DNA of 32,559 nt, from assembly GCF_006345805.1 (NCBI RefSeq), contig NW_021832803.1, positions 1-32,559 of the forward strand, in the 5' to 3' direction. A program made the translations under genes and the position numbers. Positions 10,739-21,957 of the stretch are shown in pieces. The stretch comes from Octopus sinensis. Lineage: Eukaryota. Every line of letters starts with the position of its first letter. Position 1 is the stretch's first letter. The notes beneath the pieces were generated by a model, which did not search any database, had not been told where the DNA came from, and saw only the letters and a list, made by a program, of their open reading frames with translations.

Positions 10739-10781
<43 letters not shown>

Positions 10782-11165
10782 GGGAGAGTTTACGAAAAAA
10801 AAAAGACGAAAACAGGTGGTGTACAAAACAAACAGATGTATTAGTATAACGCTCAGGAATAGAAAAAGTATTTTACGTTTCGAGTCTACGCTCTTCTACA
10901 GAAAGGGACACAGAAAAAGAGAGAATATATGTATATATATATATATATTATATATATATATATATTATATATATAATATATATAGGGAGAGTTTACGAAA
11001 AAACAAAAGACGAAGACAGGTGGTGTACAAAACAAACAGATGTATTAGTATAACGCTCAGAAAAGAAAAAGTCTTTTACGTTTCGAGCCTACGTTCTTCT
11101 ACAGAAAGGGACACAGAAAAAAACAAGGAGAGAAAAAAATGTATGTAGTGGCTAACGATCTATCA
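10588..11165 (-). mobile_element. Three tandem ~145-bp units separated by (TA)n; probable Penelope-derived repeat with a minimal hammerhead-like motif
   Basis: Units start near 10588, 10782 and 10985; a fourth copy is at 29149. Minus-strand consensus CTGTAGA-A-GAGC-GTAG-GCTC-GAAAC-GTA. Confidence 0.65.
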
Positions 11166-11249
11166 TGACGACTGACTTTGGAGAGGAGTTAATACTATGC
11201 TTGTATATAGTCGTGTAAATGTAATACATCATTTCCCCCACATATTTAG

Positions 11250-11332
11250 TTGGATGAGGACTTGCTCCGCGTGGATTTAACGTACCACATGCTGGAGTAT
11301 GATTCAAGAAGTTATCTTTGCAAATACAAATC
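11250..11332 (+). CDS. Candidate host-gene exon, product unknown
   Basis: Acceptor ...CCCCACATATTTAG and donor GTAAGA at 11333; only one frame is open: LDEDLLRVDLTYHMLEYDSRSYLCKYKS. Confidence 0.4.
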
Positions 11333-11355
11333 GTAAGATATTTTGATCTAACCCA

Positions 11356-12205
11356 GCAAATCGTCTTTATTTTTTATCTTTTACTTGTTTGAGTCATTGG
11401 ACTGTCACCTTGCTGTGCCACACTATCTTGGAGGGTGGAGTCGAGCATCTCGATTTCAGTACTTATTCTGTCAGTCTGTTTTCCAGAAGTGCTGGTTACT
11501 TGTACGTAAACAAACCAACAGCGTTTGTCAAGCATTGTCTGCGCCCGTGCTCCTGTGTGTAAATTTATGAACATAGACACAAATACAAAGACACACATAT
11601 GACGGGATTCCGCATAGTTTCCGTCCAGCAACTTCATTCTAAAATAATTAGTCCTACGATAGTGTGGAGCTGTAGTAGAAGGCACAGGTGCCGCGTAGTG
11701 TGACGGAACCTACAATCACGTAGTTGCAAAGCGAGCTACCGGCTCTTTTCGGTTTGAACGGCAGTTTTTTCTAGCGGTGTCATATGAAATTGTCACCCAT
11801 AATTATGACCCTAGAATCGGTCTATTGCATTTCGATCTCTTTTAGCGTTAGGGTTGGTTAGAGTTAGGGTTAGGGGTGGGGGAAGGGTATCTTTTTTTCT
11901 TCAGAAATTTAAATAAACCCAATCTGTTTCTTAAACGAGGGACATGTTAATACGGCACAGAATGCTTTTTAACTCAATAGACGTCAGTGATTGGTTGAAA
12001 TTGCAGAAACTGAAGAAAAAAAACAACAAATATCTTACAAACTATAGAATTTTCTCAATAAAGCCAAGAGAAAAAAATGTTTTGTAAACACATTCTACCA
12101 GTATACGAAGTTAAAAGTTTTTTAGTTACCTAGAAATTATGTTAAAACTGCCGTTCAAACCGAAAAGATCCGAGCTACCTAACTACAAGGTAATCCTGGC
12201 GCTCA
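11356..12205 (-). mobile_element. Old family-A-like SINE interrupted in its head by a MITE
   Basis: Tail and body at 11356-11740; the head resumes after the MITE (GAGCTACCTAACTACAAGGTAATCCTGGCGC resembles AAGCTACTTACCACACAGCCACTCCTGCGC). Confidence 0.65.
11741..12171. mobile_element. Second MITE copy, inverted relative to 6057-6490; 8-bp TSD GAGCTACC
   Basis: Termini GGCTCTTTTCGGTTTGAACGGCAG and CTGCCGTTCAAACCGAAAAGATCC; TSD at 11733-11740 and 12172-12179; TTAGGG-like units at 11848-11875. Confidence 0.9.
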
Positions 12206-13119
12206 GAGATAAATTCTGAGGATTTTTGTAAGAATGCTGTATTTTCTTACGATATTTTGACAAAGCAAGATGACTAAACTTCTTCACAAGGTAAAAGCCA
12301 AATCTATGTATATACATATTTGAAAAAAATACAACCTCCAGGAACTTATGTAAGAAAAGATAGCTTTTCCCCAAATACCTTGTCATTCAAAAGGAAAGTT
12401 TAGTGAAGTCTTTCACTGCCTGACAAATCCTGCTGGATTCATGTGACTAACGCCTAGATTATTTACTGCTGCTATAGATTTATTAATTAACGAATACTAC
12501 GGAAACGTCTTTGTCTCTACGAATCTTAACTGTCTGTTCTCTGAGATTATCGATTCAACCCCCATTTTGTAAATGTTCCCGAGGCACCTAAACAACTTTA
12601 AATGATTGAGCTCTCGAAATATATTTTTAATATCCTTGATGCAAATCAAGACTTTACTGAAATTCCTAAAAATGCAATAGAATACAAGTGCCTACGGCAA
12701 CATAAACAAGAAATGCTATTTAAGATGTCTTATATTAAATTCTTCTTGAGTCTCTTTTCTTTCCTATTTTACATATCGGTTATAGAAATTTTGAAAACGT
12801 CCTTTTAATAGAAAATAACGCCTTAAGCTACGGATCACCTCGTTGACACCAAATAGTCAATATATTCGTCTGAAATAAGGATAAAAGAATCTTATCTTTG
12901 CAAATGTAATATAAATGTCAGTTGATATTTTTTTCTTACACCAAAATTTTTAATTATATACTCGCGTTGGTGTAATTACATTAAAAAAATATATATAACG
13001 ATGTTTTCAAAATAAATATTACTTTTAAATTTTGGTGGAATTTTCTTGGGAAGGGATAAGTCAATTACATATACTCCAATATTAAACTGCTACTTCGTTT
13101 TTCAACCACGAATGGTGGA

Positions 13120-13375
13120 CACGCATAGTCGACCTCGGCGGAATTTGAACTCAGAACGTAAAGTCGGAAGAAATGCCGTTAAGCCTTTTGTCCGGTGCGG
13201 TAATTATTCTGCTAACTCGCCGCCTTATTTTTATAATAAATATTGATTTCAAGTTTTGGCACAAAGCCAGCAATTTCGGAGGAAGGGTTAATCGTTTACA
13301 ATTATCCCAGTGTTCAACTGATACATATTTTATCGATCCCCCACCGCAAAATATGAAAAGCGAAGTCGACCTCGA
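13120..13375 (-). mobile_element. Two decayed family B SINE pieces
   Basis: GTCGACCTCGGCGGAATTTGAACTCAGAACGT at ~13128 and GAAGTCGACCTCG at ~13362. Confidence 0.6.
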
Positions 13376-13650
13376 CTGGTGTCGATGTAATCAACTTAAT
13401 CCGTTTGTCTGTCCTTGTTTGTCCCCTCTATGTTTAGCCCCTTGTGGGTAATAAAGAAACAGGTATTTCGTCCGTCGCTGCGTTCTAAGTTTAAATTCGC
13501 CGAGGTCGATTTTGCCTTTCATCCTTTTGGAGTCGATTAAATAAGTACCAGTTACGCACTGGGGTCGATATAATCGACTTAATCTGTTTGTCTGTCCTTG
13601 TTTGTCCCCTCTATATTTTTTAGCCCCTTGTTGGCAATAAAGAAATAAGT
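13376..13650 (+). mobile_element. Head-to-tail pair of family B SINEs with Tx1-like tails
   Basis: Tail-only piece ending AATAAAGAAAC at 13460, directly followed by a longer copy ending AATAAAGAAAT at 13646. Confidence 0.8.
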
Positions 13651-14274
13651 AATAAAACACACTTGGGCAACGTGCCGCGTAATGAAATCGAACACAAGAC
13701 CATCTAGTTGCAAAGTGAAGCGCTTAATCACAACGCTGTGATTTCAACTAAGTTAATACGCATCTATCATTTAATAAAGTCAAACCATTAGCAATTCTCT
13801 AAATTAAAGCCGTTGATGTTTACTTGCTCATTAATTGAAACAGTAGATTGAGAATGTAATTCTGTATATTACACCCATAGACATAAATTAGATTCTAAAC
13901 ATTTCTCAAATAACAATCTATTATTTTATGGTTTTCCTAACAAATTAATGAAAATAGTATACCTCGCTCCCACTTTCCCCCGGAGACGAACACTCTCATG
14001 TATGACATATATAAAGTTGCATTGCATCTGTGTATGTGAGCATGTGTGCGCGTCAGCGACCCGGATACGAATAGAAAAGTTCTATAACGAAAGGCTTATT
14101 GTTAAAAATGGTACAAGATAAGACAAGAAAAACAGAATGTGATAAAGGAAGAGATAGCGATGGAGTGGGATAAAGACATTCATGTGTAAGTGAGAAAAAA
14201 AGACTGTGTGGGAGAATAAAAAGGGGAACTGAGCATACGTAAACAATAATAATAACAATAATAACAGTAATAAT

Positions 14275-14455
14275 GCTTCCTATTATAGGCACAAGGCCTT
14301 AGATTTTTGGGGAGGGGGAGTGGTCATTTACATCGCCCCAAGTGTTCAGCTGGTATTTATTTCATCGACCTCGACTGGATGAAAGACAAAGTCGATCTCG
14401 GTGGAATTTCAGTTTACAGCGTAAAGACGGACGAAATGCAGTTAAGTATACTATC
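14275..14455 (-). mobile_element. Family B SINE core with an alternative tail ending in (TTA)n
   Basis: Core GATGAAAGACAAAGTCGATCTCGG; tail ...GGCACAAGGCC...GGGGGAGGGGGAG differs from the 3685 and 13376 tails. Confidence 0.65.
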
Positions 14456-14825
14456 CGGCTTGGTAATGATTCAGATACCAGACCGCCTTAATTATAAAAC
14501 CAAGAAGGAGAAGTGGAAGACAGAGAGAGAGAAGAAGAAGAAGAAGAAAGTGAAAAGAAACATAAGATAAAAGAAGTGGAAGAAAAAAAAGAGAAACAAA
14601 GAATGAAAGAAAAAGAGGAAGGAGAAAGAAGATGCAGTGGAGGAGGAAAACGAGATGATAATGTGAAAGTAGGCTGAATAGCTAGATTAATAACAACAAC
14701 AATGAGAAGAAAACGACAAAAGCCACAAAAGCAGCGAATCAAAAAGAGAGGCCACTAGAAGATCGTTTGAGGTCGGAAGGAAAAGCAGATAAAATTCCTT
14801 TATATGTTTTGCCCTCCCACCTTAG

Positions 14826-14887
14826 ATAAAGAAATAACACATTCTGACATGCGTTCGTATATAGCACTGAAAAGAGAAGATGATTAA
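14826..14887 (+). CDS. Candidate terminal coding exon
   Basis: Strong acceptor TTTTGCCCTCCCACCTTAG; only one frame is open: KEITHSDMRSYIALKREDD then stop. Confidence 0.25.
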
Positions 14888-15225
14888 GATAGACTTCCTT
14901 TGATCATAGATTTGCGTGATCAGAGATGATCCGGGGGGAAAATTAAAACAGAAATTCAACAGTAATCGTCAGAAAATACAATGAGACATAAATAGATAGA
15001 AAAGAGTGGATACAAGAAAAGGCAATGGAAATCTGAAGATAATTGGTAATTACTATACTTTGCTCATATTATTCCCAGCTGTTTCAATGAAGAAAAAAAT
15101 ACTTTTAAAACGCTGTGGGTTAGTAATAATGTATTTTTGTAAAGTTTGATCCACTGGGAACAGCCACATCAAGAACATCAGAACAACAGTGTCCACAGAG
15201 GTAATATGACAGAAATATCAGTGTA

Positions 15226-15574
15226 GGCGCAATGGCCCAGTGGTTAGGGCAGCGAACTCGCGGTCTTAGGATCGCGGTTTCGATTCCCAGACTAGGCGTT
15301 GTGAGTGTTATTGAGCGGAGACACACCTAAAGCTCCCTGAAGCTCCGGCAGGGGTTGGTGGTGAACCCTGCTGTAATCTTTCACCACAACTTTCTCTCAC
15401 CTTTTTTCCTGTTTCTGTTGTACTTGTATTTCAAAAGGCCAGCCTTGTCCCACACTGTGTCACGCTGAATCTCACCGAGAACTACGTTAAGGGTACTCGT
15501 GTCTGTGGAGTACTCAGCCACTTGCACGTTAATTTCGGAACAACTGGAACACTCGTCGTCGTAACCGACAGAGT
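15226..15574 (+). mobile_element. tRNA-derived SINE family D (head H2, tail T2)
   Basis: A box TGGCCCAGTGG 15233-15243; B-box-like GGTTTCGATTCCC 15276-15288; ends CTCGTCGTCGTAACCGAC. Copies at 21596 and 29361. Confidence 0.9.
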
Positions 15575-15787
15575 ATTAACAATATACATTATAAGATCAA
15601 TAAAGACACACACGCACGCTAGCACACACATAGACGCACGCACACACACACGCACACACCACACACACACACACAGGTGCATGTTTGGTTGTGCGTTAAG
15701 ACGTCTGCTCCCCAACCACATGAAGTTTGATAAGTGAAATTGAAATGGAGATAATAAAGTATTGGTGACCCCCAAAATGAAGGTGCT

Positions 15788-15867
15788 TTGAGACCGCAAC
15801 CTGTTCACTGACAAAATTCCGTGAGATGCAGTACGGAAGTTTGTCAGTGATTAGGTCGCGGTCTCAA
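15788..15867. other. 80-nt imperfect hairpin (35-bp arms, 4 mismatches, 10-nt loop)
   Basis: 15788-15822 pairs with 15833-15867. Confidence 0.8.
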
Positions 15868-17002
15868 GCGACGAAAATATTTTGACAAATTAAATTTAAA
15901 TGTTGAAGTGAATCTAACGGTTTAGTGTGTTTCATAAACGGCTTATAAACACCTTCCACACTGCAATTGTTTTCGCTCCAGCACACGATCTCAGATCAAT
16001 TCACTCGCTATGCAAGTACACCTCCGTAATTATTTATTGAATTTAATATAAAGGTAGCAATGGAATGTGGCTCCTTCTATTAAGTCTTTACTATAGAATG
16101 ATTTAAATAATCAAAAGACAGCTATCACTTGATTTAACTTCTCTGAAGGTTTATTGTTGTAGAGTGTTGCCATCTAGCAGTTCGCTGAATCGAGAAAATA
16201 AAAGCAATTCACTTCGGTAAAATCTTATCCAGTTGTCTAATGAATCGTGAGAAACACTCAGCTCACCTTTCCAATATTTTAACATCGATTAGTTTATTGA
16301 AGCAAACGCAGACAATGAACTCGGCTCACCTCACTGAAATCTTAAATCGTACGTCACATTTTAATTTCTCGATCTTTTATAGAATCCAAAACGTTCAATG
16401 GACTCAGGTTGCCTTTCTGAAAAATCTCATGTTAATTTTTCTGGGAACTTCCGTCGCCTAGAATTAACTACATTTATGATCAGAGAGACATTAAGATAAA
16501 ATCGCGGACGCAATCAATAAATGAATGAGAGAGAAAAAATAACATAAGTGAAGAGTTTAAAACAAAAAAAAAAAAAGAAAGAAAGAAACTTCAATTAGTC
16601 TTAATAAGTGACTAATGCGAAGTTTGACAGAAATACATTAAATTTTCGTTTAAGAACACTGCATTTTCATTGATAACCACTATTATAATAGAGTGCAGAA
16701 CATACATTAGCTTTTAGTCCACACTAACTGCCATTGTTTCCAGCTGAATTTGTTAATCGCTTTCCAGAGACGTAAGGAGAAGCCATCGTTTATGAAAGAT
16801 AAATCCATGCTTCTTTCTCACAACTATTCTGTATTCTGGTACAATCGCACCGTATTAGTCTTTTCTTACAGATAATGTTGTATGATGCTTACTTTGTCGT
16901 GGGATGGTCCCAGTAGCACCACTTCTGTCTTGTTTTATGAGATGGTGTTAGTAGACCCTCACTCACATTCTTCTCAGTTTCTCAAGTATATATATATATA
17001 TA

Positions 17003-17033
17003 TAGCAGCAGAGGCACCCGGCCTTGCCCGGGA
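17003..17033 (+). mobile_element. Possible Helitron-like terminus: TAG start plus short GC hairpin next to (TA)n
   Basis: TAGCAGCAGAGGCA-CCCGG-CCTTGC-CCGGG; similar layout at 30453. Confidence 0.25.
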
Positions 17034-17078
17034 ATTAAATTTCTCCTTACATATTGGAAACATTTCTGAATTCATGCA

Positions 17079-17079
17079 A

Positions 17080-17134
<55 letters not shown>

Positions 17135-17169
17135 GTAATAATAGTAATAATAATAATAATAATAATAAC

Positions 17170-17212
<43 letters not shown>

Positions 17213-17277
17213 GTAATAATAGTAATAATAATAATAATAATAATAACAATAATAATAATAATAATAATAATAATAAT
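17079..17277. repeat. (AAT)n array with a 78-bp higher-order duplication
   Basis: The variant pattern AGT..AGT...AAC recurs at a 78-nt offset. Confidence 0.95.
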
Positions 17278-17280
17278 TAT

Positions 17281-19565
17281 AGAAAATAATTGGTAAAAAA
17301 CTATAGACCCATAACCTGCTTAACAACTATGTACAAAACACTAACATCTGTCCTGACGGAATATACCTATAGTTTTTTAACAGACAGCAGCATATTCCCT
17401 AATGAACAGAAAGGATGTAAACGTGGATCCAACGGCTGTAAAAACCAACTACTCATCAATAAGATGATCTTAGAAGATTGTCACAAACGACACAAAAACT
17501 TATCAATAGCCTGGATAGACTATAAAAAGGCTTTTGATAGCCTACCACATAGCTGGATTAGGAAATGCCTGGAAATATATAAGATAGCACCTACTTTGCG
17601 AAACTTCTTGACTGTAAGTATGAGATCATGGAGAACCACTCTAACTCTGAACAGTGACAATGAATCCCTAAATGCTGGTGATGTAAAAATTTCGTGTGGC
17701 ATTTTCCAGGGTGACTCACTGTCACCATTCCTCTTTTGTTTATCCTTAATACCTCTCTCAAAGCTGCTCGATGACGCGCAGTACGGGTATAAAATGTTTG
17801 ATAAAAATATAAATCATCTCATTTATATGGATGATTTAAAGCTTTTTGCAAAAAATGACCAACAACTCAAGAGCTTACTAGCGATAGTCAAACAATTCAG
17901 TGACGACATCAGAATGCAATTCGATAAATGTGCAAAAGCTACCTTTATCAAAGGAAAAATGACAGAAACATCTAACGTTAACTTTGACCAGCAGAATGTC
18001 ATAAAAGAACTAGACCCAGCGGAGAGCTACAAGTACCTAGGGGTAATTGAAGGGAACGGAATAAGGCATTCAGAGATGAAGGAGAGGATCAGGAGAGAAT
18101 GCGATCGAAGAGTGAGAGCAATACTCAAGACAGAGCTGAATGCAAGAAACAGGATCGAAGCGATCAATGCATTAGCCATACCAGTCGTGACTTACAGTTT
18201 CAATATTGTTAACTGGTCAATTACTGAAATATGTCAGCTCGACAGAAAAATAAGGAAACTGTTGACAATGTATAGAATGCACCACCCTAAGGCAGATACA
18301 GAACGACTCTATCTGCCAAGAAGAGAGGGAGGCCGTGGTCTTTTGCAACTGGCAATAACAATGAAGATTGCTACAATTGGCCTAGACACCTACCTGAAAA
18401 ACTCTGAGGACTGGATGTTAAAACTTGTTTCAAAACATGAAAACAAGAAAGCATCATACTCAGTCACAAAACAGGCAAAGGAATATCTAAGTGAATTCCG
18501 AATACAACCAATTTCGGAATTAGAGATAGACATACAAGAAACAAGCACAGAAAAAGCTAAGCGCATGAAAACCCGTGCCAAAACTGCGGCCTTAGATATT
18601 CTGAATAATAAATGGCAAGAAAAACCTCTCTATGGCAAATACCTAAAGAGAGCGAATAATGCAGATATCGACAAAGTCCTGACACATCAATGGCTAATGG
18701 CCTCTGGCTTAAAATCTGAAACAGAGGGGTTTATCATAGCAGCTCAAGATCAATGCCTACCAACAAGAAACTACCAGGCCAACATATTAAAGAACGGCAG
18801 TAGCCCAACATGTCGCGTATGCCGACAACAAAATGAAACCATTGATCATGTTGTCTCCAAATGCAGTCTTCTAGCGCCTACAGCGTATTTCAATAGGCAT
18901 GATAGAGCTGCACAATATATTCACTGGGTAATTTGCAAAAACCTGGATTTGCCCCATGAAAAAAAAACTGGTGGGAACACAATCCACCTCCAGTGCTTGA
19001 AAATGACCACATCTCACTCCTCTGGAACTTCACCATTCAAACTGACAGGAATATAGATGCAAATAGGCCAGACATCATATTGAAAGACTTCAGACAAAGA
19101 ACATTCCACCTCATTGAAATGACTGTCCCAATCGATATAAACGTATCTGTCAAGACCTACCAAAAATTGAGCAAATATAAAGATCTTGAAATAGAAATCA
19201 GCAAAATGTGGAAGCTGAAGACTAAAACAATACCTGTTGTCATAGGTGCCCTGGGAATGATAGCGAAAGGGACTGATTGCTACCTAACTCAGATACCAGG
19301 AAACCCCAAAATGGCAGAAATTCAAAAGATAGTGCTCATGGGAACTGCTCATATCCTACGCAAAATACTCTCTATGTAATCTCAAGGTTTAAAACAACCT
19401 TATTATTATTATTATTTTATTATTTTTTTTATTTTTATGTATTAGACATTCACTAGTACAACCCCCCCCCCAATATATGGCACAGAACTTCCAACCTGCT
19501 GTCTCTTGAGGTCTCTGGGTGAGACTTGGAGCCAACTTGTACAAACATAAAGCAAAAGTCAAACA

Positions 19566-19566
<1 letters not shown>
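17281..19566 (+). mobile_element. 5'-truncated R4-clade (Dong-like) non-LTR retrotransposon flanked by (TAA)n
   Basis: RT, CCHC knuckle and restriction-like endonuclease, ~190-nt 3' UTR; (AAT)n on both sides (17079-17277 and 19567-19628). Confidence 0.9.
17290..19379 (+). pseudogene. Reverse transcriptase / CCHC / RLE polyprotein remnant, frameshifted at the A9 run 18959-18967
   Basis: NYRPITCL, EQKGC, WIDYKKAFDS, IFQGDSLSP, YMDD, YKYLG; CRVC...ETIDHVVSKC; RPD..LIE..VP...KLSKYKDL. Restoring the frame gives PHEKNWWEHNPPPVLEND. Confidence 0.92.
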
Positions 19567-19628
<62 letters not shown>

Positions 19629-19917
19629 GGGAACCGAAAATTATATGAGAATGATCCCTGGCTTACCATCCCTGCAAGAAGTGCAAAAGATTGTCTTAAC
19701 TGGTACATCACACGTATTGAGAAGAGCATTGTCGATGTGAGAACTGTTGCTGCTCATGTATTTTAATTTAACTTAAAAAAAAAAAAATAAAAAAAAATGA
19801 ACGAACTATTGAGTTTGGTTTAATGGCCTACCAATGTATGCTATGAGTTTCTTTGCCCTAGGAGTCGGGAGGACACTCGGCAAGAAATGGAAGCAAATTT
19901 GAAAGAAGAAAAAAAAA

Positions 19918-19918
<1 letters not shown>
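19629..19918 (+). mobile_element. Second, divergent R4/Dong-like 3' fragment stacked in the same (TAA)n array
   Basis: KGTENYMRMIPGLPSLQEVQKIVLTGTSHVLRRALSM* aligns with KGTDCYLTQIPGNPKMAEIQKIVLMGTAHILRKILSM*; different 3' UTR; A-run then (AAT)n at 19919-19952. Confidence 0.88.
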
Positions 19919-19953
<35 letters not shown>

Positions 19954-20574
19954 TAAGATTAATGATAATAAACAAAAATACAAAATTTACTGCAGTCAGC
20001 CTATACTCAGAGAGAGAAAGAGAGGGATTTGATTGATAGCTTTACTTTTCGGCCTTGTCTATAAATATAAAAAGCAAAGTTTTCCTCGGTGAAATTTGAA
20101 CTCAAAGCTCAGAGAGCATCGCCGAATATTGCATGGCATACTTTCCGACACTCCAGTAACTACAAGTTCGTCACCTATATTCTGTGTTTAAGATCAACAA
20201 CAGATGTTTAAGATCAACAAACGAATGATCGGTAATTTAGCTGTCGGGAAATTATCATTTGAGATGTGATTATTCTAAATTTCGGTGTGTGATAACGAAT
20301 TAATGCGAAAAGAAATTTAAAGAAATTAAAAGATAAATAAAAACAACAATATATAGACGTCATGATTTGTCTGTCGTTATCAGGTTTTGTTTCAATCGAA
20401 GAAATGGCCATTTTATATTGATATATATGAAAATAATGCAGTGTTGTTCTTTTTCCACTCGTTGTTGTTGTTGTTGTTGTTCCTATTTAGTCGGTCAAAC
20501 TTTGTTTCCCATTTGTTTTCCAGTCTGGTGTGATTTCAGAGTTTACGCTGCTCTTTCCAGGAAGATAAACTTAA

Positions 20575-20654
<80 letters not shown>

Positions 20655-20671
20655 ATATACCTATACGTATG

Positions 20672-20912
20672 CTCTTTTACTCTTTTACTTTTTCTTGTTT
20701 CAGTCATTTGACTGTGGCCATGCTGGAGCACCGCCTTTTTTTAAATCGAGCAACTCGACCCCGGGACTTATTCTTTTGTAAGCCCAGTACTTATTCTATC
20801 AGTCTCTTTTGCCGAACCGCTAATTAACGGCGATATAAACACACCAGCATCGGTTGTCAAGCAATGCTAGGGGAACAAACACAGACACACAAACACACAC
20901 ACGCATATATAT

Positions 20913-20946
<34 letters not shown>

Positions 20947-21122
20947 ATATATATATACATATATACGACGGGCTTCTTTCAGTTTCCGTCTACCAAATCC
21001 ACTCACAAGGCTTTGGTCGGCCCGAGGCTATAGTAGAAGACACTTGCCCAAGGTGCCACGCAGTGGAACTGAATCCGGAACCATGTGATTTGTAAACAAG
21101 CTACTTACCACACAACCACTCA
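20672..21122 (-). mobile_element. SINE family A with expanded internal (TA)n
   Basis: Homologous to 8260-8662. Confidence 0.9.
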
Positions 21123-21124
21123 TG

Positions 21125-21155
<31 letters not shown>

Positions 21156-21197
21156 TATATAAATATATGTATGTATGTATATCGCTCTCTCTCTCTT

Positions 21198-21242
<45 letters not shown>

Positions 21243-21595
21243 ACATACAAACATATGTATGTATGTTTGTATGTATGTATAAATGTATGTGTGTGTGCGT
21301 GTGTGCCTTGTATGTACGTATGCTTGTGTGTACCTTGTATGTACGTATGCTTGTGTGTACGTATGTGTGTATATATATATATATATATAATATATATATA
21401 TACACGCATATACAGGAGACTGTATTTGTGTGTGTATGTGTATGTGTGTATTTGCATTTGCCCCCTGCGATCGTTTGTCCATGTTCCCGTGAATTAACGG
21501 TCTGCCATAGATGATCCATAAAATATTTAGCGGACTTAGCATATTAAAGTACTTTCAAAGTGGTGCAAAAGCATGGCCATTGTCTGGGATGGAAG

Positions 21596-21957
21596 CACAC
21601 CGTCGGTTACGACGATGAGGCTTCCGGTTGATCCGAATCAACGGAACAGCCTGCTCGTGAAATTAACGTGTAAGTGGCTGAGCAGTCCACAGACACGTGT
21701 ACCCTTAACGTAGTTCTCGGAGATATTCAGCGTGACACAGAGAGTGACAAGGCCGGCCCCTTGAAATACAGGTACAACAGAAACAGGAAGTAAGAGTGAG
21801 AGAAAGTTGTGGTGAAAGAGTACAGCAGGGATCACCACCATCCTCTGCCGGAGCCTCGTGCAGCTTTAGGTGTTTTCGCTCAATAAACACTCACAGCGCC
21901 CGGTCTGGGAATCGAAACCGCGATCCTATGACCGCGAGTCCGCTGCCCTAACCACTG
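21596..21957 (-). mobile_element. SINE family D
   Basis: Reverse-complement homolog of 15226-15574. Confidence 0.9.

Noticed and set aside
10588-11165. Repeat-spacer array
   Set aside because: The spacers are only (TA)n, and the unit also occurs dispersed at 29149.
15226-15300. tRNA gene (also heads at 8590-8662, 28028-28100, 29580-29652)
   Set aside because: A and B boxes are present, but each continues into a multi-copy SINE body, and I could not build a full cloverleaf.
16240-16461. 73-aa ORF with internal SAHLSNIL/SAHLTEIL repeat
   Set aside because: It reflects two or three diverged ~27-bp direct repeats; no splice or homology support.
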